Notes: generated from the sequence alone by a model not told the origin. Positions 39,701 through 52,230 are shown, counted from the stretch's first letter. The stretch: 64,000 nt of DNA from Utricularia gibba (GCA_002189035.1 CM007989.1:3596001-3660000), one strand, 5' to 3'. A program made the numbers and translations.

Positions 39701-41827
39701 AACAGATGGTGGATAACCGTATTCCTTTACTCCACTCAACTTATAAGCACTCATAAGGAGGGAGCGCTGAGTGCTTATAACGTGAGTAGCCAGATGGAGA
39801 ATATCTCGAAAACACTGTGCCTGGTTTGTTAGACTAAATAATCTTCAAATTAGTGCAAAGGCAGCTTCAAACTTACAAACAGGGGGGATACTACTGGAGT
39901 GGCAACAAGTGAACTCCATTGCGGTTTCACTTTCATCAGCACCGAATATCTTTGAGAACAACTTAGCTGCCCCGAAATTATTGGCTTTTAATGCATACAG
40001 AATATCTGATTATAGCTGAGTCTGCACAAACTTTTGCTCAGAAGAAAGCATATGGAGTGGCATGAAGATAAGGGCACATCGAAAGTGACGTATGACTACG
40101 TTTTTTTTTTCAAAAAAGAAAAGAAAAAAGTTAAAGCATGCAGGAGATTGGTAGCGGTCGGAGAATTAGAGAAGAAACCCAGATAATCAGGGATTAAGTA
40201 AATACTAGAAAATGACAATGAGGATACGCTTCCTTGGGAGCATGGTTGTCAAACTTCCTGATTTATAAAATATGCTTCGTCTCTCAATCTCGGTATTGCG
40301 GCTCATCCTCCCTAAATTGCAGAAAACTGAACAACAGATACAGCTAGAAGAGTTCTGCAAAGATTTCCGCATTGCATTCAGTGTCTTTCAATTCTGGATC
40401 CTTATCAGTTCCTTTATTTGGTTGTCTAAAAACACGCATGAATTCAAAGGTGATCAACCTCTCAGTACAACCCATACCTTCTCGTGACCGTCAATTGCAA
40501 CTGTGGAGATGTCATCCTGAAGTCCCTGGGGTGTGCTATGGTCGCCATGAACTTCTTGGGCCGCCAGCTGCCGACGTAATTTCTGTCGTTGCCAACGGAA
40601 TGGCCTTGCGTGCTTCTTAGTTAACAAAATTTTACGTTCTGCGCCTTCTTCATTTTCTTTACTGAAAGGCTCTTCATAAGAGACACAACTTGACCCTGCA
40701 TTTAATCATAGTTCCTCAGGTGAATCTCATTAAGGGATCACGAGCTTTCCAATACTTCTACACATCCTCACCCAGAAATCCATCATGCTTAGTAGAAGAT
40801 GAACAGGTCTCAGAACCCGAAGAATAAACAGGTACTTGTTTCCCTAGTAAAGGCTCGCCAAGCTCATCCCTTTTCCTCTTTCTTGTTCCTGAAAAGACTA
40901 AATTCTGAATGTGAATCACATAAAATATGACCATGACAGGCTTGAGGATGGCGCTGTGTTTTACTTCTTATCAAGTTTCCAGAGGCTTTGAGTTGGATAT
41001 CACTGATCGGGAATCCTGAAACCTGATGGTACTTCTTTGGGTAGACAGGAAGGAACAATGAAGTATGCATCAACAAATACATCATCACAACATCACCAAC
41101 CTGAAATTCATAACACAATCATGTACGGCGTGCAGAAGTATTTCGTCAGGGAAAAAAGAAATCAGTACTCTTTGCAAGAGGGCTGCCCACTCGGGAGTTG
41201 TCAGTTTAGATAATACGGCACTTGTTCCTTTGTACTGCAGAGAGGAGCAAAATTAATGAACTACATACACTTCAGCAATCGCAAAGCCAACTGCAAAAAA
41301 CGAAAAATGGACAGAAGTATGATGGAGCGTTTTCCCACCTTATCATATCCGCAACAGATCAAATTTGAGGAGTGTGGTTGCTTAAACAATATCCTTTCAA
41401 TGGATCCTCTTACAACCTGAATCCATAAGCATTCACCGACATCCTCAGCACGAAAAAAGTAAATCTACTAGTAGTCCCACAAATTTGACACTCGAGCACT
41501 ATAAGCACACTAAAGACAGTACAGGGAATAACGAACCTCAAGTTGCGACCAGCGGGAAAAGGAGTGAAAGCATCCGAGAGTAGGCGAATCTCCGGAAACT
41601 ACAGCGTAACACCTCGTAAGCAGCCGCCGGTAGTCGGAGGAATCGTTGGGTCTGAGGAGGAACGACATTGCTTCCGTACCGCTGCAAAAAAGGCAACCCA
41701 ATCCCTTGCAGCAGCACCCATCGGGATTTTCCGAAATCAGAGCAACGATGGTGTCAGCCAGCGGCCGAGCGCGGTCGCGGAAGAGTCGCCATAGAACCTC
41801 AGGAACTCGCTTCCTCTTCTTCCCCAT
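36773..41827 (-). CDS. TERT: Telomerase reverse transcriptase, about 13 exons; apparent frameshift at 39882-39887
   Basis: Start MGKKRKRVPEVLWRLF. TEN/linker VGDVVMMYLLMHTSLFLP and RPFRWQRQK. RNA-binding domain QVVSFIWAICRRIIPPSLLG. T motif NFYVTD. Motifs 1/2 FSRVRLRPKRMGFRLLANL, A VSDVSKAFDSI, B' GIPQGSVLSPLLCSFY, C LLRFIDDFLFIS and E WSGLL. C-terminus AVDDSHSSALWSIKY. Confidence 0.98.
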
Positions 41828-42064
41828 GGCCAGCCCAAACAAAGAAGAGTAGCCGTTACGCCATGCCGGGAGGCTTAAGCTTTAAAGATTGCGCAGGCCA
41901 TGCAGGCCGGCTAGTTTAGTATTATTCCATGGGTCTACGTTGGGCTGGCCTGCCACTCAAAATGGGATGCATTCTTCCCAAAAGAACCAGAAGCATACAA
42001 AAAGCGGTTATCTACTACCGGTTGGAGGATTAGCCTGTCTACAATGGTGAGCTTATGCAAAACA

Positions 42065-45000
42065 TTAGGTGTTGCTTGGATTCTCGTCTGCTGGAGTAGA
42101 CGCAAGCGGAGTTCCGGCATCGTCGAGCACCGGAGTAGACGAAACATTCGGAGTTCCGGCATCGTCGAGCGCCGGAGTAGAAGAAACATTCGGAGTTCCA
42201 GCATCATCGAGCGCAGGAGTAGACACATTCGGAGTTCCAGCATCGTCGAGCATCGGAGTAGAAGAATAAGAAACACTCGGAGTTCCAACATCCTCTCGCG
42301 CCGGAGTAGAAGAAACATTTGGAGTTCCAGGATCAGTTTGTGTACCGTGGTTCCGATTCCACCCAGGGCGGGAAATAGGCTTTCTGAAATATTTGCGGAG
42401 AAAGCTTTCAGCCCCTTCAGGATACTTCAACCTCAAGTAGCTTTCCAGGCATTTGCGGTATGAAAAGTCTAATCTCACGCCATCCACGGCGACCACAAAG
42501 AAGCACCGGCTGTCTGGGAAATCTGGATGCGTACTTATCTGTAGGTTACCAATATGTGCTGATCGGCATGAGTTACAGACGTCAAAAAAGTGTGATTTCG
42601 TAACGGGGAAGAGAAATGGAAGCATACCATCAAGTAATCCAATCCAGCTCCCAGCTTGTTAGCTTTGTTAGGATGATGGTTCAATACATTCTCAACCATG
42701 TATGTCTGATCATCTGCAGATAAAGGGTCACCATCATTGTACCTGCATGTGGAAATAGAATCCTGAGTTACTAGGAGAAGGAGGAGACGAAAGCATGGGC
42801 CGCATGGTGTTCGTCTATAGGAGCAGATCACAAGCTAGCTTCCTCTGCCTATGAAGATTTGATGAAGATAAATCCCACTATTTGAATGTTGGGTATGAGG
42901 TAGTCATAATGCTCCCTACATATGTCTATGGTGCCTTGCCTGCAGCTGAAGCATGTCAAATGGGTACTCAATACGAGGGTGGTCAGAAAAAGAATTTACC
43001 CAGTAACCTTCAAAATCCTTCTGACGTTCTTCATGATTGATTCAGTCTCGGAAAGAATGTCTTGTTCTTCGGCAGTGAATGAATCCAAACGCTGTCTTGT
43101 TAAAGTGAAAAGGACAGGGGAGTCATTCCCATGAGGAGGTCGCCTGTTCTTCCACTCCCCATCATTAGAAGAGCCACGACCTTCCCTGCCACGGCCCCAT
43201 CCTCGGCCTCGACCACGGCCTCGGCCCCGTCCCCACTGAGGGGGGCCTTTGTCCTTGAAATCATCAGCTTTTGAGGGAGCTGAATCATGATCAATCGAGG
43301 AGCTCTCAGCCTGCCTCCATCCAGAACTCCACCTATTAGAAGGTGACCTCGTATTCTGTCCCCAGTTTTTCGTAGAACCCCAACCAGGTGATGCTTCAGT
43401 GCCGGCACTCTGGTCAGCAGGAGTTTCCTTTGAATCTGGCACACCGGCATCACCTTGAGATTCCACCGGAGTTGTACTCCAGCTACGTTTCTCTCCCCAA
43501 TCAATATCCGAATTCACCTTCTTCCCTCGTGCCAAGTCTGGAGTTTCTTTGCCCCATCCACTGTCATTACCATGCCATGCAGGAGAATCAGATTCTGTTG
43601 CCCAATCGCTTTCATTGGGCTTGCCGTTTTTCTTGTGTAGCAAATTCTTGCCCCAGTTGTTCTCAGACTTCTTACCCCAACTACTTTCCTCAACGTTGGA
43701 TTTTTTGCCCCAAGATCCCTCTTCAGGCTGGTCCCAGTCACTGTTATTCACCTGCTCTGCTTCTAAACTCCAGCTACTTTGTGCAGCCTTATCCCTTTGT
43801 TCGTGTTCGAAGTCATCTTTCTTACCCCAAGTATTCTCATTAGCATTCTTGCCCCAACCACTTTCTTTGGAGTTGCTTTTTTTATCCCAAGTTCTTTCTT
43901 CAGGATTCTTTTTCCAATCAACTTCTTGTGAAACTCTCTTACCCCAAGCATTCTGTACATCATCCCTTGTGTCGATGCCCGTTGTACCAATCTTTTGGGT
44001 CCATCTGGCATCTCCAGCATCCTCAGCAGTACTTTTCGATGCAGAGTCACTATTCGAATTCCATTTTGTATGTTCAGTTTTACAGTTGCTCCAGTTACTT
44101 CCGCCAGATGCAACCTTCTTACCCCAGGAAGACCAGCCATCTTCAGGCTCCAGAACACCCTGTAAAAGAAGTGATTACTCCATGGGTCCAATTAATGTGC
44201 ATACACAATACGAAAAAGACAACTCCTTGCCTCATTGTCGTCAACACCAAGTTCAGGCCCATCTTCAAAGGTGAGTTTCTCAAGACCGGGATCTCTTTCT
44301 GGGGAGAGTTCAAAATCCATTAAAGCGTCTTCTGGGAGATCATCAATTTCAGTTCCAATGCAACTTGTTCCAGTATCCCCATGCTGTGAGCTGCTATTCA
44401 CCATATGAAGGAAATTGTAGACATCAATTTCCTTTTGCGGCCTCAGTTCAGTCTATGAATTCCATAGTCAAAATTAGGTTGCAGCAAACCACAAGAAAAT
44501 GATTAGAATGACAACAAATTATTAGAATACCTTCCGTGTGTCCCAAAGAATCTCAAAATTTGAACCAGTTCCCACCGACACTTCTTTCCCCCAAGCACAT
44601 GAACCGACAATGCTAGACAACTGATCGACATGGCACTTTTCGGCAGCTCTTTCAAAGCATTTTCTAGGCGTCTAGAAAGTATGAAGACAAAATCAGGTTG
44701 ATGAATGAAATGAAATGAAATGCGGAAAATGCACCAGAATAAGCTAGAGTTCATACGAATAATGTTGCATTCATGAATGGCGCATGGACATCAAGTGCTA
44801 GAGACAAGGCTTTAATACCGCCAGCATTGAAACCAATCAAAGTGCCAGCACACGTCATGTTATTTCCTAACAAAAGGAGATGATCTTTGAGCACCCCCTT
44901 GGTCACCATCGTCACAGATGTGTACAAACGCTGGAGACCAAAAAATGTAATTAGTTTTAACAATAACCAGCAACTTTTAAAATTCTGAAGTTCTCTTATT

Positions 45001-48000
45001 GTACAAAAACTGTTATCCTCGGCAAGACAACTAGACAATTTATTGTGCCCTGCAGCATTAGTTAGTTCATCACATGTTGCGTCATCAAAAAGAAAAATGA
45101 GAAAATTTGTATTCGTGAAGGGAAGCAGGCAAAAATAGCAAGAAAGTACTATCCACGAGCAGGTTCATGAGCTTGAGGTATCCCACTAAATTATCAAGCA
45201 ATCCCAGTAATTCACGAATGCTAATATTATACACACATGTTACCTGAACAGCCTGCTCGAATGTACAAGAAATCCCAAGCAATTCTTCAACTTGTTTTAT
45301 CGCGTATGGGATTGACCGCCTTGTATCAATCAAATGGAACACTGGCAAACAAGCATCCAGTACAACCCTCCACGCGTCTCCACTTTTCTTGACAGCTTCT
45401 CTTTCAAGGACAATGTCTAAAGCGATCTCACCCTTTGGGCTCTTAGACGGACTCCTAATCCATGTACCCATGCTTGGAGTTTGCCAAACTATCTCCACTG
45501 TCGAAACCCTAGAATCCCCTGTACCAAGAACATCATTATTAGTTTACATCACTACATATAATAATTCACAAAAGACCTCCATAGCACTCTATTCATCCTT
45601 AATAAAATAGATATTGAATACACAAAAGAGAGAGAGAGGCAAGGGGGCGACAGAGAGACTCCAACGAAAGTAAACAAAGAACAACGACATCTACTTTGCC
45701 AGAATTCACTTTCGGAAAAATCTTAATGGCGACAACATTCCAGGTGAAATAGATTACAAATCAACTTTAAAATACCTTTAATTATTGTCTGTAGCAACAC
45801 TGGGCACACTTTTTCAGCAAGAAGGCGCGAGATATTCTCCAAAGCATCATTACAGATCCCTTGCCAAAGAAACTGGACACATGGAACGGCATATGGCCGG
45901 TTTTTAGAAGATCCGCAGAAGTTACAACTCTCACTGAAACGAAATACAGACCATGAGCGCATAAACACAGATTTCAGCTCTTCAGAAATATATATACACT
46001 AATTGCTAATATTGTGGTAGATCTCAATTTTCTATGATAAAGTACTCCATCTGGATGAATTCGGGTGTATCACTTGATGTTATCCAATTCCAACGACTAC
46101 AACATTGTCAAAGACAAGCATTGCAGAATGTGGCAGCAATATCGTCTTGCGGATGGCTGACAGCATATAGAAGAATTCTGGTACAAGGCAATTGAATCTA
46201 GAGATGGCATAAGCAAACCTCAAACTTAAGTCAATTTTCCTGAACAACTGTCCGAGTTCTTTCTTCTTATGCCACAGATTTTTTGTCTCTTGGCATCTTT
46301 CAAGAATCTTGTGCATATGGATGCTTGATCGTTCGAGCTCCATCTGTAGAATTTTTTCAGATATTATGAAACATTAGCCACATATCTCAGATAAGATACG
46401 CTATAATCTTAATACTGGTGACCTTGCTTAGGTGAATGTGCCCAACTAGACCCCCAGTATCCTTATACGATACTTCAGATCTATATCTGCAGAAAGAAGA
46501 TACAAAAAACCAATCAGCATTAAGTCAACTATATCCACCAAAGTAAATACAACACTGCCATAAGACAGAAATTGAATATATTGAAGTAAAAGCCTGACAG
46601 GAAAATTCACAACCCTATCAAGGGATGCTGGTGCAACATAATTTTGACGTAGAAACATATATTAAAATAGGTTGTAAGAATCTGAGTTTTTCAAACGATC
46701 CTATCAATATAATTCTAACAGAGAATAAAGAAACCCAATGCAATTCTTTGGCCCGAACTCTGGATAAACCACAATATGCAGAAGGAGAGTACTGAAATGT
46801 TAAGAGGCAGATGATGGTACTCTATAAGGAATTCAGTGGCAGCATCTCTCAAACTGACTTTCTTCATGTGATTCTGAACCACTAGTGCAGCATTTTCCTG
46901 GCAATGCTTTCTGCCACAGTCACAATAATTCAAGTACAAGATCACCCTACGGTCGGAGATATCATTTTTGAAGGTGACCCCACAAAGCATTATCTCCTGA
47001 GTTAAGGCGACAAATGTAAATTGATCAGGAAAAGCTATCAAAAGTTAATAAGATATCGAGCATCAAAGTGAGAACTTTTCTAAACGCAAAACTCAAGTAC
47101 TTTCATCATCTTCCAGGAGGAGTTGCTACTAGAGGAAGAATCAAGAACGGCTTTGTATGCAGGATTAGACATTGCGGTTGCTGCTAAGACTCCAACTGGA
47201 TCCCCAGCACAGAATTCACTCGCAACATTGGTACTATTAACTCCATATTCAAATTGAACAATTGAGTTGCTACACATATTTCGCACTGTGCCATCATAGC
47301 ATATCACCACATCTCTAAGAATGGCCATCAGATTCTTGAATAATGTCCCAGGTTCAGTTAAGCCCCTACTTGAACGAACAATGACTTCCCTGCTCGAAAT
47401 GGAATGAACCATCTCCTGATATGGATTCAGTCCTCGAAAGAGTGGTTTACCAACTAAGCCAAACTCTTCAGTCGGATAATCACCAGATGATGGATAGTTC
47501 TTTTGGAATAACGATGACATATTTTTGACCAGCGTCTCAGTATAGAACTTCCCCTTTGGTGATATTTGCAACCCAACGAAGCCAATTTGCTGAATAACTT
47601 TGTTTAGAGCAGATTCACTTTTACAATCTACAAGGAGGCCAACAGCAGAAGTGCTAACTATGAAATCGGTGATTGGACGTTTCAAACTGTTCAAATAATT
47701 ATCTAACTGCACAGCAATTGAGTCACTATATGAATGATATAAACAAGCCAACTCTGGAGAAATTTTTTGAACATTTTCCTGGATGCTCTCCAAAACCTCC
47801 AGCGGCACAAAAAAATCGCTCAAACTGACACTAAAACCTTCTGCATGAAGATTTTCCATCAACAATGGTTGTATGGAATTAAAAAAACCTAAAACTTGAA
47901 CTGGGCCCTTCAAGAAAAAAAGGGAAGTGACTAGGTCATTGACAACTGATGCCATTACATTCCTGTTGACCTCCAAGTTTAAAATCTCACCTTTTGAGAT

Positions 48001-51000
48001 TAAATGCTTCTCTCCAGAGCAACAAAATAAAGGCGGAAAAGTTGCCTGCAAAACTTGCAATGAAGTCCACTGGGGGCCAATTTTCGATTTAACTATGGCA
48101 GGCCCAGAAAGCATGTTGACTAAAAACATGGCCAACTGCTGTACAGCTTCTTTCCTGAAGAAATGCTTGAAAAGAAGAAGTTTGAGTGACAAAAGCGAGT
48201 CAGTTGCCAGCTGCAGATTGAAGTTGCCAGTGTGGGAGCTGAGCAGCTGTTTTTCTACTGAGAAAAGCTCTACCACCTCTGCTCTGGCTTCAAGAGACTG
48301 TGGATAGAACAAATGGATGCAATCGCCATCAAAATCGGCAGCAAGTGGACCACACATAAGGGGTTGATTTTCACAGTATGATTGTCATGCACATACACTC
48401 TCAAGGCTTGGAGAGAGTGCTTGTGTGTAGTTGGAGGCCTATTAATGAACACGATATCACCATCCATTATCCTCCGATGTACAACCTGACCTGGTCTCAG
48501 AAATGTATGCCCCTTAGACCCTTCACGGAGTGAATACATTGAGCCACCATCCTTGTAAGTCAAGCAAAGCTTCTCGTCCACAAGTTTCTGCAAGAAACCT
48601 AGGTTATGCTGGTTTACTCGCTCCACAAATGTTATCTTCTGGGCAATTTCATAAGGCAACCCAATCTCAGACACCCCTTTATAGGGTTCTCCTGTTATAA
48701 CTGAACGGGAAGAGAACCCAGAGCCCTTTCTGATGAATAAAGTTTTCATCTTCTCAAGCCATGCCTTGGTAGACGATTTATTCGTTTCTTTTTTAACTCC
48801 AAACCGAGAATCCACATCACGAGCAGCCTAATGGAAACCCAAAATGTTTTATAACAGTGGAAATATGTATGTTACATATAAAGATAATGGAAAATTGTGA
48901 TGATTAATTAATGCACTTCACATTCTTAATGAACTAAATAAAGACCTAAGATGTAGTAGACGAAAAATTCCAGTACATAAAGACCAAAGAGAAAGTAAGA
49001 GAAATATAGGACTCAAACAATAAAGCATTATCATGAATCACCAAGTTGATAGCACAAGATACTATGTATACGGTATAGCTGAGATCCAAATCAATGATCC
49101 GGATGTTTATAGGCAGTGGAAATGGTTCTCAAAACAGCATTTTTGCATTCAACAGAAAATATTATATTACCTTTCCAGTTCCCCTGTAAAGAAGATATTG
49201 TGAAACTGCAGCTTGTAGATCATTAGCCTCAATCTCTTGAGATTCAAAGTTTGGATTCCCAGACCTTGAATTTTTAATGATTTCAACTTGCCTCAACACC
49301 CTTTTAAGCAAATATACTGAATAATCCTGAGCATGTAGGACATCGTAAAAAATTAGCCAGAATCCTTGAAATATAATATTAGAGAAATATAATAAATTCA
49401 ACTAGCACCTAACCGTGGACATGGTGTGGATTCCATCCGATATATCAGGCACACATAAACAGTTCGGAGGAACTGGTAAAAACTTGAGAATGTATCCATC
49501 TTGAGGATAATAACCCTTTAACGCAAGCTTTCTTTTGGTCTCAAGTGGTAGATTTTTCAGTATTGAGACCACCTGTAAATGTTAACAAAAAATCAGTAAA
49601 TAGTTCAAAAGCATCTGATTGCGAAAAGGATGGATGCATAAGGAATAAAATATTTGATTACGGTGACTTAAGTTGTACAAATCATGTATTGACTTTTCAT
49701 CCTGAAAACCGACAAAGAAAAAAACTTGCTTATCACTGCAAATAGAACTGTAAAAAAGATAATGGTAAGTGAAGCACAGCGTAGACCAAGATTAAAATGT
49801 TCATGACCACTATGATGCAACAACCAAAATAAATTTAAAAATAGAATGATTCCAGAAAAAACCTCAGAAGGAAGTAATGGCCTAGAATAATCATTTCCAT
49901 GACGAAATCCATATTTTTCCAAGAAGTTCCAAAATCCATCTCTAAGTCTTGATCTCGATGGCACTTTTAGCTCCAAGGAGAAAGCTCCATCCAAATTTTT
50001 TGTTTCATTTATAGTCATTTCTGAAGTTTCCTGCCAAATTAAGTAAGTTAAAGAACTTCAGGAATCTATACAGTAAATAAATTGTACAGGTTAGAATACA
50101 AAAAATATACCTCGCAACATGAAGACAGCATTCGTTCCGCAATACCAACAGCCTTAGCCTGAAATAAACATAATATAATATGCAAAAAGGATAAAAAAAA
50201 AGCACGCTAATTCTATGCTTATTGTTCTGTTGCATCAAGGACTTCCGGAAAAATAAGTCTGCCATTGTGTCAAGGCAAGCTCAGTCTAGGATTATTGTCA
50301 AGGACTACTGGAAAAATGCCATATAATAAAAAGCTCATGCAAGACCAAGAAATAACTTATTATATTTTATATGATTACCTCTATCCTCCATGCGGAAATG
50401 ACAGACCCAGAAAATCAAGATGGCACATGGAACGAAATATTCGATGTTTCAGAATTTTATATTAAAATTGACTTTGAAACAAATGGCAGCGAACTTTTAG
50501 GATATGTAGTATATTATTCTTGTGATGATGCTTCTTCAGTGAAAACTTGTCCTAGAAGCATGAAAAACTTTATTGGAAAAAAAAAAGGGCATTGCTAACT
50601 AGGCAGGGGATCACAGAGTACAGCACCTTCCGGTTTTTTAACTTCAAGCACTTCAAGCACAGCAAACTTAACAGCTTCTTGAGCTCAGCAATATGATCAG
50701 GATGATATATCGGAGTTGGTAATTCGATGTATCCAAAATGGCCTATAAAGACAGCATGAGACCAAGAGATAGAAGTTAATTTCAACCTTTTTTAGTTGTT
50801 ATTATCATGCAGAATGCCTATTCTTTTTCTTCCTGGCTTATATTCCGAAAGGTGTAAAGTATGTTACCTTCACATTGACCTGGCTCACTCGTACCACATG
50901 ACTCACATTTCCCGGACTCAAGAGGCAGTCCAAGAAAAGGATTGGAAAGTTGGCTAGCATGTGTGATAGGACAGTCGCTAATCGATGATTTACACTAACA

Positions 51001-51230
51001 AAGAGACAAGGAAGCAATCAAGATTTCTGAAACTAAATTCAAATAACCACAATAAATATGGGGTGCCAGGCACCTTCCTAGCCTTCATGCTAAGTTTAAA
51101 TTGCTTAGAGCTAGAGAAAGAAAATAGAAGAGAAAAACTTGCTTACGATTTCATGAGATTTTGTCAATCCGAATTTTACTCCATTTATTCGAGCCTCAGC
51201 AACCACAGTGGCAGAATTCGGGTTCTCCAT
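42065..51230 (-). CDS. NRPE1: RNA polymerase V largest subunit (RdDM); apparent frameshift at 48360-48363
   Basis: Start MENPNSATVVAEARINGVKFGL (51230). Zn-binding GKCESCGTSEPGQCEGHFGYIELP. FIRKGSGFSSRSVITG, FINRPPTTHKHSLQAL and metal-A site ADFDGDC. VGVLAATAMSNPAYKAVLD. A WG/GW-rich CTD followed by a DeCL (DUF3223) domain (SRCFFVV...DFSYRKCL) identifies NRPE1 rather than NRPD1 or NRPB1. Confidence 0.97.
42068..42328 (-). repeat. Six ~42-bp tandem repeats encoding the NRPE1 C-terminal tail (GTPNVSSTPALDDA)
   Basis: Units: GTPNVSSTPAREDV, GTPSVSYSSTPMLDDA, GTPNVSTPALDDA, GTPNVSSTPALDDA, GTPNVSSTPVLDDA, GTPLASTPADE. Confidence 0.93.
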
Positions 51231-52230
51231 TTTACGCAAGGCCTGAATGGAAAAATCAATCACAATGCATCCTGAGATCAGTTTCACTATGCATGGTGAA
51301 GGAAAAATATGCAGAACATTACTAACCACCGGGTACAAATACAATGAATATCTTCAAGCTAATAAGAAACAACATAAAGGGAAGAGTGCACAAAAGGCAA
51401 TATCAACAATGCCACATTCGGGACAGGAAAATGAAAATGATGAACAACTACGACGCAAAAAAAACAAGACAAAACCCGAAACCTCTTTTCAGAAAAAAAA
51501 AAAAAAAAAAAAAAAAGCGAACGACCTCTAGCTTCTGTTTGGAGTAGAAAACTGAGGCGCGAATCAAATGGGAATCGTGATTCCAGCAACTTCACCCCGG
51601 CATGCAGCGACTGGACCTCATCACCAGCGTTCACAAAACTCTCCTTTTTTTATTTCCTTCACAACTGCCTCTCTCTGGGTGCCGAGTACGGTAACCAGAC
51701 CGAGGCTTTTGACTCCACGGGGATTCTGAACCGCCGGCATCGCCTCGCCATTTCGACGAATTGGAGAACTGAGAAGTAATTACTAAATTACCCTCCTCTG
51801 TCTTCGTCTCCTTTGAAGAGGCCCCACCCGCATCTGAGGATAAATGTACCGTTGCCGATTTGCTCTCATTCCCACGTCACGTATGGTGCATTTAGAATGA
51901 TAATTACATTAATTATATTTTCTATTTAAATTTATTTAATAAAACAATAAATAAATAAATTAGCTAAAATTCAACCCATGCGGTTAAGGGAGGCCCAAAA
52001 GATCAAGCGAATGCAGCCCATTGGAATGCTTTTAACATGGCTTTTATTATTATTTTTTGATATATTCAAAATTTAATAAAAAAGTAAAAGTAGGGTGGGG
52101 CCCGCGTACCCGCGGCTTTTGTTCAATTTCGTGGATTGTCAAGATAGCCGTTGCACTTGACTTGGATCGGATCTGCCATTGACGTGTCTCTTACCTTGAG
52201 ATTTATCGCCTTCAAATCCTGGGAGAAGAA

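Noticed and set aside
41935-42463. Arg-rich repetitive ORFs (RSRRNIRSSGIVE on +; MLELRMFLLLRR on -)
   Set aside because: Alternative-frame and antisense shadows of the NRPE1 C-terminal tandem repeat. The NRPE1 frame is continuous with the DeCL domain.
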